A stretch of DNA of 64,000 nucleotides from positions 16,554,001 through 16,618,000 of the forward strand of contig JBHGNT010000004.1 in NCBI GenBank assembly GCA_043228905.1, read 5' to 3'. The notes under the pieces were generated by a model. It searched no databases, was not told where the DNA came from, and saw only the letters and a list, made by a program, of their open reading frames with translations. Positions within the stretch are counted from its first letter, which is position 1, and the number at the start of each line of letters is the position of its first letter. This document shows positions 52,401 to 64,000 of this stretch, piece by piece. The translations under genes and the position numbers were made by a program. The DNA is from Azolla caroliniana. Taxonomy: Eukaryota > Plantae > Polypodiophyta.

Positions 52401-54109
52401 TAGCCGGGTCGATCCGGTGTACGCAAGTCATTGAACCACTCCTTGTGGGATGTCATGTGATGTGAGGCGCCGGAATCGACGAACCACACGTCTTCGGAAT
52501 TGGAGGTGCTTGCGGAGTTGGAGGCTGTCATAGAGTTCACTCTATGCTTCATTACGAACATTCCGTCACGGTCTCCGTAGTCGGAATTCGATGCATGATT
52601 CATGAACATTCCGCTACGATTGTCGTAGTCGGAGTTCGATGCGTAATTTGTGAGTTGTCGACTTGTTGAAGCCGACTCACTTCTCTTTTTTCGACACTCC
52701 GCCTCGTAGTGGCCGATTTTGCCGCAATAATTGCAAGTTGCGGGCCTTGTTTGCCGACCTTGTTCGGCTTGGAAGCTCCCCCTTCTTTCGAAGGTTCCTC
52801 GATGACTTCCGTGAAGGTTTGAGTTCCCTTCGTGTGATGGGCCGAATTGACCTCTTCTACCTCCGCGACTTCCTCCTCGGCCACCGTCCGAATTCGAGAA
52901 GAACATTTGTCCTTCCGGCGTCTTGCTTTTGGTTCGAACGTGGTTCTCTTCGACCAATAGCATTGATTGTAGGTCGAAGAATGAAGGAGGGTTTTCTCTC
53001 TCCAAGATTGTCGTCCGTAATGGATCGAATCGTTGTGCAAGGCCGCCCAAGCACACTTGAACCATCTCGTCTTCGTCGACGTTTATGTTGATGGAGCCAA
53101 GTGAGTCGCAAATGCTCTTGATCTTGGCGGTGTAGTTTGACATGGACATGTCTTTTTGCCAAATGTTGTTCAATTGTTGTCGGTGTTGAAGCTTTCGGGT
53201 GGTCGTGTTGGTGGCGAAAATTTTCTTTAAATTCACCCACGCCTCTTTAGGCATCTTGGCGTCTCGAATGTGGCTAAGCATGTGGTCGTGGACACATGTT
53301 GCCAAGCAATACATTACCTGACTTGCTCCTTGCTCCCACGTTGGGTAGTTGGCGTTTGTGATGTCGGGCTTCTTTTCGAGGGTGCCGTTAATGTAGCCCC
53401 AATACCCTTTGGCCGATGAGGTATTGGGTCATCTTGTACTCCCAAGATGAATAATTGCTCCGGTCTAGCTTTTCGCTAGGGAGCGAGCTACCCATTTGTG
53501 TGTTCATTTTGTTGTTGTGTCTTCCTTTTTGTCTCTTCTTCCTTCCGTCTCGTAGATGTGCTACGTGGCGGCACTACGGTAACGGGTGGCCGGAATTTGT
53601 CGTTGGCGTTTCAAATACACAATCATGAAGAGTCGGGTGGGCTTATTGGATATGCTAAACCACACGCTTTGATACCATGTTAAGGATTAGGTAATTAATT
53701 AAAGAATAATTATTACCTAATTATGTGATTAAGTTAAGTGGAAGATTATGTGATACGTGTGTGTATGTGTGTGAGAGGAAGAAAGAGAGAGACTTATGAA
53801 TAACACAAGATGGGGGATGAGTAAACTAGAGTGTATATTATAAAACATCATCAAATCCAAAAATACCCACAATGAGGTATATATACATCTCATGTGCAAA
53901 GGTGCACATGTGTGAGTAGAATATAGGTACTAATGTGTAAGTCCTATATTAAATGTACTTAGGAGTGGAGGATCTAGAATCTCCCACTTAAGTACAAGGT
54001 CCAATTTAAGGCATTATAGTCAACACTTCTAACTAGATTCTATCTAGGTAACTATGAAGTTACATTGTTGACCAACTAACTAAACTAAGTTGAGCTTGAT
54101 CTCTCAACA
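49473..54109 (-). mobile_element. Ty1/Copia element F, non-autonomous (RT-RNaseH deleted)
   Basis: TSD AGAAA (49468-49472, 54110-54114), LTRs 49473-49918 and 53678-54109, PBS TGGTATCAAAGC, gag-PR 52166-53314, integrase; the RT start is joined to the end of pol near 50060-50110. Confidence 0.93.
50730..51375 (+). repeat. Solo LTR X inserted in Copia F integrase
   Basis: TGTCG...CGACA termini, flanks GCGA/GCGT (4-bp TSD, one mismatch), CTATAAAA near 51110; the host integrase is restored on removal. Confidence 0.85.
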
Positions 54110-54114
54110 AGAAA

Positions 54115-55408
54115 CTTCCCTTGTTGGTGGCAACTTTCTACTCAAGAGCCCGGGAGTGGTATGAATCACTACCTCCCAACCAACAAACCAACTACCAATT
54201 GCTCGTTCAACAATTTCGAAGCAAGTACATCAGACTTCATAATGCGATGGAGGTGCGAGAGGAACTCTTCGTGTTGCGTATGACAATATCGATGGAGTAT
54301 TCTGAGTATGAGAGGGTGTTCAAAGAGCTTTGGTCAACATGGATTTGTCTACGACGATGCATAGACGATGAGTGGTTCAAGATGGATCCCTTCAAAGTGG
54401 GCTTGAATCCTTACTTTGCAATGGAGACGAATTTGAATAATCCAACCAATTTTCAAACTCTTCTACAATTGTGTCAAATTTATGATAGAAAACTAAAAGT
54501 GATGCGGATGGGACTCGACACAATGGTGGCGATAGTTGGTGCGAATGTGGTGTCGACTCTAAACGTTCCACATCTATCCTCTATTGTACATGGAGGATAG
54601 GTTTTTCCGAACATATTTAATTCTACTATAAATAACCAAGCTAGTATACCAACGATGCAAGATGTAGATCATCTGAGAATTTATGGAAATTTCCCCGAAC
54701 AGCTAAACCGATGACTTGATGAGCTAACGAATTCCGCCAAATGAAATCTAGTTTCAACACCAACCAAGTTTGAGAGGTGCCACAAGAAAAACAAGTCCCG
54801 GTTTATTATTCTTATGATGTTGAAGGTCATATTGCTACACAATGTCCTACGAGATGACAAAAGGTTTAGGATGAGGTATCTATCAAGTTCAAGGAGGTTC
54901 AAATTCCCCTAACAACCATGCAAATAACAATAATCAATCTTCTAGGGATGGAGGACTATTGCCAATGGCTCAAGTTCCAACAATACCTCCCAATGTAAAT
55001 CTTCTTGATTTTATATATGATGTTAATGATGATTGTGGTGTTGTTCCAATCATGAGAACTCGAGCAACCCTTAAGGAAAAAGAGGTGGAAGGGGAGTCAA
55101 GTAACCCTCAAATAAAGGAAAAAGCTAAGGAGTATAAGATGGAGAATCCTTCAAAAAACCGTCGTTCAAGGAGAAAGATAATTATGGAGGACATGCCCAT
55201 GAGGAAAGGAGTCGAGCCTTTCGACATCAAGCAATAGTTGACTACTAATGGACCCCAGATCACTTGGTAGCAACTTCTTCAACTCTCTCCAAAAATACGG
55301 AAGTAATGGGGATTACTGGTGAGCATACGTCAAAGTACCAAAATAGTGCACAATGCGGGGGTTGTACGAGTGAAGGAACGAAAGGATATCTGACCTATTA
55401 TACCGGTA
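54115..55408 (+). pseudogene. Old Gypsy gag remnant (host of Copia F)
   Basis: RAREWYESLP...LLVQQFRSKY gag-like motif, decayed knuckle and ITW*QLLQLSPK pre-protease motif. Confidence 0.65.
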
Positions 55409-56951
55409 TCTTGAGAAGCAAGCATAACATGGGCCGTATCGGCTAAATAAGCCGAGAGCCGGATCAGATGAGGACCGATTCGGTGGGAGTCGAATCGGTG
55501 GAGAACCGGAGTAATGGAAAATCGGATTGTTGGAGAGCTAGATCGGCTAGGAGCTAGTAGGCCATTAGAGGCCTACACGCCTACTTTAGTAGGTAGGAAT
55601 AGATTTAGGAGTAGTGTCAAATGCCTTTATGTGAACATTGAAGTACTGACAGTACTTGTGTCAGCCCGTTGTTAGGGCTTGTATAAAAGTGCTCATTGAG
55701 CACGGTCATATGTACACAGAGCATATTGTTTTTTAATTTAGTTTTGAGTCTTTTGCTCTCTTTGTCTCTCTCTAACGTACTGTGTATCTTCATACTCTGT
55801 GTGTGTTTTCTCTGTTGTTGTCCGGATGAGCCAATTGTGTTCTGTTTTAGCCTCCGCACGTAATCTTTACATGGAATAAGAGCGCAAGGGGTGAACATCC
55901 TCTACTTCCGACAAGCGCTTTAGCTCAGACAAGCTTTTAATCTCTAGACAACTACAAATAGGAAAAAATGGACAGAGGAATAGGTGGTGCTCTTCCAATA
56001 GAAAAGTTGGACAGAAGCAACTACGCATCCTAGGAATACAAGATGCACCAGTACCTACTTGAGCACAGCTACTGGAGTTACATCCATGGAGAAAACGAGG
56101 TAGCGCCATAGTTGACACACAAGGATTTTCTAGTGTGGGAGCAAGCGGCAAGTAGAGTCTTGTATTGCCTTGCATCCTATGTGCACAACCAGATGCTAGG
56201 CTACATTTGGGATGCAAAGACGTCGAAGGAGGCCTGGGAAAATCTTGAAGAAGATTTTCGCCGCGAGTACCATGGCCTGCAAGTTGCAGCTCCATCAAGT
56301 GCTCAACAATATCCGACAGAGAGATATGAAGGTGACCAACTACACCATGAAGATCAAGGAAATCTATGATGCCTTCAGGTCTATCAATGTGATGGTTGAC
56401 GAGGATGAAATAATACAGATCTGCCTTGGTGGTATAGCGTAGAGGTACAAGCCGATTAGAAGGGCAATTTGCATGAGGGAGAAACCTCTGACCTTCTGCA
56501 ACCTGCAATCGATGCTTCTAGCCGAAGAAAACCATGCAAGTGCATCAAGGAAAACACACTCTGATGGCCAGATGTTGTACACTAAGGCGGATCAGCCCCG
56601 TGGACGTGGAGGACAAGGTAGATCGGCATGCAATGGCATTAGCCGACAAGAACAGAATCAGAGGCATAATTGACATGCCAACAACAGTTCCAGACCCTCC
56701 ACGAGTAAGGGGAGTCAATGTGGCACTGGAAACCGGCAAGGGAAGGCCATGACAGACTATTGGTACTGCGGCCAGAAAGGCCACAAAGAAAGCGAGTGTT
56801 GGAAGAAGAAGGTTGATTTGGACAAATCCGGATATGGCAGAGCCGAACAGGTAAATCGACAGTGGTCGCACTATGCAGAAGGCTCAAGAGGAGTCGGAAC
56901 GGGCCCAAGCTTTATGATGAAGCATAAGGCCAATTCGATGAAGACGAGCAC
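55409..56951 (+). mobile_element. Ty1/Copia element H (LTR plus gag remnant)
   Basis: LTR about 55409-55871, degenerate PBS TGGAATAAGAGC, gag fragments, YCGQKGHKESEC. Confidence 0.8.
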
Positions 56952-59430
56952 TACTGAGCAGACAAGCTCAACCGGATCTGAATCAGCTGAATAAGCTAGA
57001 GCCGGATCGGTATCCAGAACGGAGAACCGGATAGGTATTTAGAACCAAGAGCCGGATCAAAGTGTAACCGATAGGCCGTTAGAGGCCTATGGTCTTAGCC
57101 AAGTACGTTGTCGTGAAGGATTTGCTTCACGATATAAAAATAAAGTTGAATATTGTATTAAGTAATATTTGAGAGACTTGAACCCGTAACCTCACACACC
57201 AAGGACAAAGCATATACCATTAAGATAAGTTATTTTTTATAGATATGTTTTTATCACCATACTTATGACATGTGTATCTTCATACATTAGAGCTTAAATG
57301 AGCACGATGGCTATCATGCATCACATGTAAAGCATGTGCGCCAAATGGCGATCATGCATCACATCCATTACATGCATGCCATGCACCCCTATATCATCAT
57401 ATGCATGAGAGAACCTATAAAGAGAGGTAAGGAATTAAGGGATGAATCAAGGGGAAAACAGGGTAATCAATCAATGAAGAGAAAGTTAGAGAAATAAGAA
57501 AATCAAAGAAACAAATAATAAGTTAGCTTGTTGGTGAAGAGGCTCGTGTTTCCAAGTTAGAGTCAAGGGTTCAAATCCAGAGTTTGGCAAAGGAAGATTG
57601 CATCTTGCAATGAAGCATTGTACAGTTGTCCCTACGACTTCGCCACACGAACTACAACTACCCCGACAACGTAGGCATCTTTCTTGGAGTTAGTGTCAGT
57701 CGCTTGTACAAACATTGAAATTGAGTTTTTACTATTTTTCTCTCTCTATCTCTCCCACATACTCTTTGTGTGATTTAAGCTTTCCATTAAACCTATGTAT
57801 ATTTTCTGTTGCTATCCGGTGAAGCTAGTTTTGTCCGCACACAATTCTTTTCATGGTATTAGAGCGCGAGGGTTGAAAATCCTCTGCTGCCGACAAAAAG
57901 TGCTAAGTAGACAAGAAAACCTAACTTCTGGAAAATAACAGGCTGAAGAAAGATGGACAGAGGAATGGCTAGCTCGCTTCTAATGGAGAAGCTCGACAGA
58001 AGCAACTATGCATCTTGGTCTTACAAGATGCACCAGTACCTGCTCAGACACAGTTACTAGAGCTATGTCAAAGGAGCAAATGAAGTAGCATCGGAGTTGG
58101 CACACAAGGACTTCTCGGCATGGGTGTTATACCGTCTCACATCCTCTACGCACGACCTAATGCTAGGCTACATCAAGGATGCAAAAACGCAGAAATGAGC
58201 TTGGGAGAATCTGAAAAATATTTTCACGGCAAGCACGACGGCCCGGAAGTTCCAGCTTCAACAAGACCTCAACAACGTCCGACAACAAGATATGTCGGTT
58301 ACTGACTACACCACCAAGATCAAGGAGATCTGCAACGCAATGGGTTCCATCAACGTGACAGTAGACGAAGACGAGATAGTTCAAATCTGCCTCGGTGATC
58401 TAGCACAATTGTACGGGTTAATCCGGATAGCAATTTGCACCTGGGAGAAGCCATTGTCCTTCTTCGACCTGCAATCAATGCTGATGGTCGAAGAAAACCA
58501 CGCGAGTGGGTCGAGGACCACTCAACCGGACAGCCGGATGCTATACATGGAGGCGGATCGGCCACGTGGGCATGGAGGACGAGGTGGGATGGCACGCAAT
58601 AAAGGCGGTCGGCAAGAGCAGAACCGGAGGCACAGAGATGGTGCTGACACCAATTTCGGACCCTCCACAAGTAGGGGGAGTCAAGGCGGCTCCGGAAACC
58701 GGCAATCTAAAGTCATCACGAAATGTTGATATTGTGGCAAGAAAGGCAACTAAGAAAGCGGGTGCTGGAAGAAGCACGCTGATTCAGATAAATCTGGATC
58801 TGCCAAGGCCAGACAAGGGAACCGGCAAAGCTCGTACTACGTAGAAGGATCGGAAGGATACAAAACCAGAAAGACTGGAAAAGGGCTAGCCTTTGTGATG
58901 AAACACAATGCGAACTCAATGAAGAGGACCACTTCCAGATTGGAGGAAGTGTCGTATGTTGACTCTGGAGCATCGAACCACATGACGAGCCACAAAGAGT
59001 GGTTCTCATACCTAGAAAAACCAGAGCAACCGGGTGTTATTGAAACCAGAGATGACATTCCTCACCCGATCGAGCATGTCGGAGAAGTCTCTTTGAGTCA
59101 TGTCAGGCAAAAGGGAAAGCTAATGAATGGTTTACATGTTCTGAAAATCACGAAGAACCTGGAGTCGGTCGGACAGATCATTGACCAGGGGATACGAGTA
59201 CAATTTATGCATCTCGGGTGCTTCATCGAGGAAGAAGGCCAGATCATCGCGCAAGGGCGCCGGGACGGGAGGATGTTTATCCTCGACACCAATGACTTCA
59301 ACACCGCTTTATTTGCAAAAGGTCAGGAAGTCGAGTCGGATATCGACTTGTGGCACAAGCGGATCAGCCACATAAATTATCAAAGGCTTTAGGACTTGCA
59401 ATCGAAAGAGGTTGTGTTTGGATTGCCTTA
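56952..59430 (+). mobile_element. Ty1/Copia element I (LTR, gag, protease, pre-integrase)
   Basis: LTR about 56952-57853 containing solo LTR Y, PBS TGGTATTAGAGC 57854-57865, VDSGASNHMT, LWHKRISH. Confidence 0.85.
57109..57668 (+). repeat. Solo LTR Y inserted in the Copia I LTR
   Basis: TGTCG...CGACA termini, perfect 4-bp TSD ACGT (57105-57108, 57669-57672), CCTATAAA near 57414. Confidence 0.87.
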
Positions 59431-59439
59431 AGTCCGAAC

Positions 59440-59702
59440 ATAACAAAATCTTTTCACCAGTGGTGAAAATGACAACCCTTCGCTTTATGCTAGGCATCGT
59501 GGCAGCGAAGAATTTGCAACTGATATAGCTAGATGTCAAAACGGATTTCCTCTATGGTGACCTAGAGGAGGAAATTTACATGGAGCTGTCGAGAGGCTTC
59601 ATGGTATCCGGCCAGGAACATCTAGTTTGCCGACTTAGGAAGAGTCTCTATGGTATGAAACATGCACCGAGACAGTGGTACAAGAAGTTTGATGACTTCA
59701 TC
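59440..59702 (+). pseudogene. Copia RT fragment (Tnt1-like family)
   Basis: IFSPVVKMTTLR...LDVKT...GDLEEEIYM...PRQWYKKFD. Confidence 0.8.
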
Positions 59703-61594
59703 TGTTGAGAATCAAGCTCAACATAGTGCAACGTGTGAACACACTTTTTGAGAATCTATGATTACTCAAAGGTCAAGAGTCACACCACTACTCTCTACAC
59801 ATTAACTATGTGTCATAGAATTATATTGTATGACATATAACTAATGAGTTGCATATTCCCCATGACTATGAGTATTCACATTCCCCAAGAGAGAGTGGTT
59901 GGTGTAGTTAGTTAATGAAGAGAGAGGATGACTATATATAAAGCACCGTCCTCATACTTCATATTAAGTCAGTTGTGACTCCTTGTAATGCTACATTTTT
60001 GTATCTCTTACTTTACTTCTAAATATACATCTTCTTCTTGAGTATTTCATTGTGTTCCCATTCTATCTAATCTATCTTGTGTTTCTCTTCTCTTCTCTCT
60101 TTCCTCTCACACATACACATAACACACATCTCTTCCGCCACAAAAGAATCATACCCGATTCTTTACATGGTATTAGAGCGGTTTGGTAGCTCGATCTAGC
60201 CCATCCGCGTGTGTTGTGTTCTACGCCGACGTTTGAGAAGAACCGGTCCATCGCTATCGTAGTGCGACTACATAGCTCGTATTCGAGAGAGAAGGAAAAG
60301 AAAAGAAGGAAGAAATCTTCATCGACAATAAATACTCAAATGGGGAGCGCTCTCCCTAGCGAGAAGCTAGATTGAAACAACTTTGCATCTTGGGAGTACA
60401 AGATGCACCAATACCTTGTTGTCCAAGGCTATTGGGGTTACATCAAAGGAGCACAAGAAAACCGACCCGACCAAAAAGAAGCCGACTACACAACATGGGA
60501 GCAAGCGGCAAGCCGAGTGATGTATTGCTTGGTGACATCTATTCACAACCACATGCTCAGCTACATTCGAGAAGCCGAGACGCCAAAGGAAGCGTGGGAG
60601 AATTTACAAAAGATTTTCGCCGCCAACACAACCGCGAGAAAGCTTCAACTCCGCCAAGAGTTGAACAACATCCAACAAAGGGATATGTCCATCACGAGCT
60701 ACACCTTGAAGATCAAGGAGCTTTGCAACTCGCTTGGCTCGATAAGCGTCAATGTGGACAATGATGAGATGGTGCAAATATGCCTTGGCGGCCTTGCACC
60801 ACGGTTCGGCGCGATGAGGACCACCATATTAACACGGGAGAATCCACCCTCCTTCTTCGATCTTCAATCCATGTTGTTGGTCGAAGAAAACCATGTTCGA
60901 AAAAGGAGCAACGCCTCGAAAGGCCACATGCTTTACTCACACTCGGACGGAGGAAGAGGATGCGGTCGTGCAAGAAGAGGCCGATTCGGCCAAGGATGAG
61001 ACGGACATGGCTCGACTTACGAAAACAACTCGCAATTTCGGCATCAAGACGGAAGCCATAGAGGAACCTTCGGAAGAAGGGGGAGCTTCCATTCTGATTC
61101 GAGCCGGCAAAACTTGGTCGAATGGGGATATTGCGGAAAAATCGATCACCATGAAGAAGAGTGTCGTAAGAAGATGCGCGAGTCGGCTTCCACAAGCCGA
61201 CAACTCACCAATTACGCCACCAACTCCGACTATGACGATCATGGTGGAATGTTCATGATGAGACATAGAGAAAATTCTATGTCGGCTTCTACTTCGAATA
61301 GCACATCTAGTCCGGAAGACATATGGTTCGTCGACTCCGGTGCCTCGAACCATATGACGTCTCATCAAGAATGGTTCCGAGAACTTCGAGAGCCGAACCA
61401 ACCCGGCTATGTCGAAATTGGAGACGACACTAGGCATCCGATTCGACACATCGACAATGTCCCATTCGGCAAAGAAGGCAACCAAACTTTTATTAAGAAT
61501 GTCTTGCATGTTCCAACCATTACGACGAATTTGGTCTCTATCGGCCAAATTCTTGAGCAAGGGATGAAAGTACGATTTAATCAAGGTAGTTGTG
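59703..61594 (+). mobile_element. Ty1/Copia element J (5' part; same family as E)
   Basis: LTR 59703-60167, PBS TGGTATTAGAGC 60168-60179, gag-PR highly similar to 34492-35814. Confidence 0.9.
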
Positions 61595-64000
61595 TCACAT
61601 GAATCAGAAGGGGATGCGGAAGCTTGCTGAGGATAAACTCATTCCGGAGGTCAAGAATGTGCAACTTGAAAAGTGCACAGATTGCTTGGCCGGCAGGCAA
61701 AATCAAACCTCCTTCTGAACTAGGCCCCCAACGAGGAAGAGAATACCGTTGGAAATCGTGCATACGGATGTATGCTATGTGGATACAAAGTCGCATGCTA
61801 GTTCACAGTATTTCGTAACCTTCATAGATGATTGTAGCCGGAAGTTGTGGGCTTCCGTGTTGAAGACAAAGGAACAAGTATTATCCGTCTTGAAGGAGTT
61901 CCAGGCAAGAGCCGAGAGAGAAACCGTCCAAAAGTTAAAAGCAGTCTGAGCGAACAATGGTGGAGAATACCAAGGGCAATTAGAAGAGTATTGTCGAATG
62001 CAAGGTATTCGGCTAGAGTACACAATACCAAAAACTCCATAGCTCAACAGGTTGGCCGATGTTGGCCGTTGGCAGCCAAGTATGTAATGCGGAAGGGGCG
62101 AGCCAGGTTGCGGATATATAATGATATTATTAATTATAGGAACGGACGGATCCAGAATAGGTATGCCGATCCGGATCTGGACTGATTCGTTGTGCCGGTT
62201 AGGCACCGTTTTGTAACACAGAACCGGAAGCCTATAAAAGGATCCGGGTATCGGTATATTAAGGGACAGAATGTTAATATAAGAAAGCTTTGTTATTATA
62301 TCTTGTGGGTCTTTATGTTCTATTCCGTTCAGCGCTCAATGTATGGATCATACACGTGTAATTGGGGTATGTTGTGAAATACGAATACCGAACCGAAAGA
62401 CAACCGGTTATGGTTGTCAAGTGTTGAATCCCTTACCATAACCACCCTTTGGTGAAGTGTTCCGAAGGGACACCTTGAGTTAGAGGCAAGTCGGGATGTA
62501 GTCTTTCTAGAAGACAAAACGATTGAAGACTGGAAGCAACAGAAGTCGGAATCAACTCCCCAGTCAACCCCGACTACCATCAACATAAGGCCAAGTGAGT
62601 CGTCACCGACAGCTGTAAGGAGACAATTGGCTGACAGAGCCGAATCCGAGTCGGTCGACTCGGAGAGACCGACTGACTATGAGTCAAAGTCGGCAGAGAT
62701 GCAAAGGTCAATTGATGAATATGAGTTGGAATTACCCAACCTAGAGAGGCTGATTGACGAGCAGAATCCCAAGCAGAGAGAAGAGTTGGTAGAGACATCC
62801 GAAAGTGAGCCAACAATGAGTGGAAGAAGATACCCACTCAGAGAAAGGAAAGCACTGACTACATACGCCAGTCAATACATCCTCTTGACTGATGAAGGTG
62901 AACCGGAGTGTTACGAAGAAGCCATTGTCGATGAGCACAGAGTGAAATGGCTGAGCGCGATGCAAGATGAGATGGAATCCTTGCATGAGAACTACACCTA
63001 CGACCTAATAGGGCTGTTGAAAGGTAAGAGAGCGCTCAGGAATAAGTGGGTCTACAAGGTGAAGACTGGAGAAGCTAACAGTGAGCCCATGTATAAAGCC
63101 CACATAGTAGTGAAGGGTTTCCAACAGAAGAAGGGCGTCGACTTTGACGAAATATTCATAGTAGTCGTTAAGATGACATCCATCCGAATTGTTTTGAGCA
63201 TAGTGGCCAGCATGGACCTAGAGATCGAACAGTTGGATGTTAAAACCGCATTTCTGCACGGGGAGCTAGAAGAAGAAATCTATATGCAGCAACCTGAAGG
63301 CTTTGAGGAGAAAGGGAAAGAGAATCTGGTGTGTTGACTGAAGAAAATCTTGTACGGTCTGAAACAAGCTCCACGCCAATGGTACAAGAAGTTCGAGTCC
63401 TTCATGATGGAACATCGGTTCCAGAAAACACAGGTTGATCATTGTGTGTTCGTCAAAAGGTACGAAGAAGGAGACTTCTTGATTCTCTTGCCATATGTCG
63501 ATGACATGTTGATAGTCGGTCAAGATACAAGGAAGATTGGAAGCTTGAAGAAAGCTCTTAGCAAATCATTTGCCATGAAAGACCTTGGACTGGCTAAATA
63601 GATCCTGGGAATGCACATAGTTCGAGACAGAACTCAAAAGGTGCTATGGTTGTCACAACAAAAGTATGTGACGAAGATCCTAGAGAGATTTAACATGTCA
63701 GATGCAAAGTCGGTCGGCTCAGCGTTGCCGACAAATTGCAGATTGAATGCGAAGCAGTCCCCAAAAGGAGAGAAGGAAAAGGCCGAGATGAGAAAGGTAC
63801 CATATGCCTTGGCCATTGGCATTCTAATGTATGCTATGGTCTGTACGAGACCAAACATAGCATTTGTTGTAGGAGCAGTAAGCCGATATATGAGTAATCC
63901 AGGGAGAGAACACTAGGCAGTGGCGAAGTGGATACTCAAGTACTTAAAGGGCACTTCGGGGTTGTGCCTAAGGTATGGTGTCGGAAAACTTGTGCTAGAA
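61595..64000 (+). mobile_element. Ty1/Copia element K (Tnt1-like INT-RT remnant, runs out of window)
   Basis: CTDCLAG, VHTDVC...FIDD, SRDVVF, RT QLDVKTAFLHGELEEEIYM, YVDDML, TRPNIAF. Confidence 0.88.
62060..62488 (+). repeat. Gypsy LTR (3'-truncated) inside Copia K integrase, related to LTR 6625-7059
   Basis: Starts TGTTGG directly after the host ...LA(E) codons, CCTATAAAA near 62231, shared U5 motif CCCTTTGGTGAAGTGT...GACACCTTG. Host integrase sequence is deleted at the right junction. Confidence 0.75.

Overview
Eukaryotic nuclear DNA from a land plant, most likely a fern or other non-seed plant (inferred from the retroelement lineages). Most of the window is a stack of nested, largely decayed retrotransposons: about 11 Ty1/Copia copies or fragments, a non-chromovirus Ty3/Gypsy element with an extra 3' ORF, a complete Tcn1/Tf1-like chromovirus, several solo LTRs and two LINE families. 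One clear host gene is present, a 7-exon WW-domain DEAD-box RNA helicase of the RH14/RH40/RH46 clade (18366-24109). There is also a probable small arabinogalactan-peptide gene (46628-46894, minus strand). Main signals: (1) three different LTR families carry tRNA-like Pol III A-box/B-box cassettes pointing out of the LTR; (2) the chromovirus has a self-priming PBS, a -1 frameshift signal and a perfect four-unit heat-shock element; (3) the Copia families share a hairpin that encloses the PPT/LTR junction, plus a duplicated PPT; (4) the helicase 5' leader holds an array of mini-hairpins. All alignments were done by eye, and boundaries of degraded elements are approximate.
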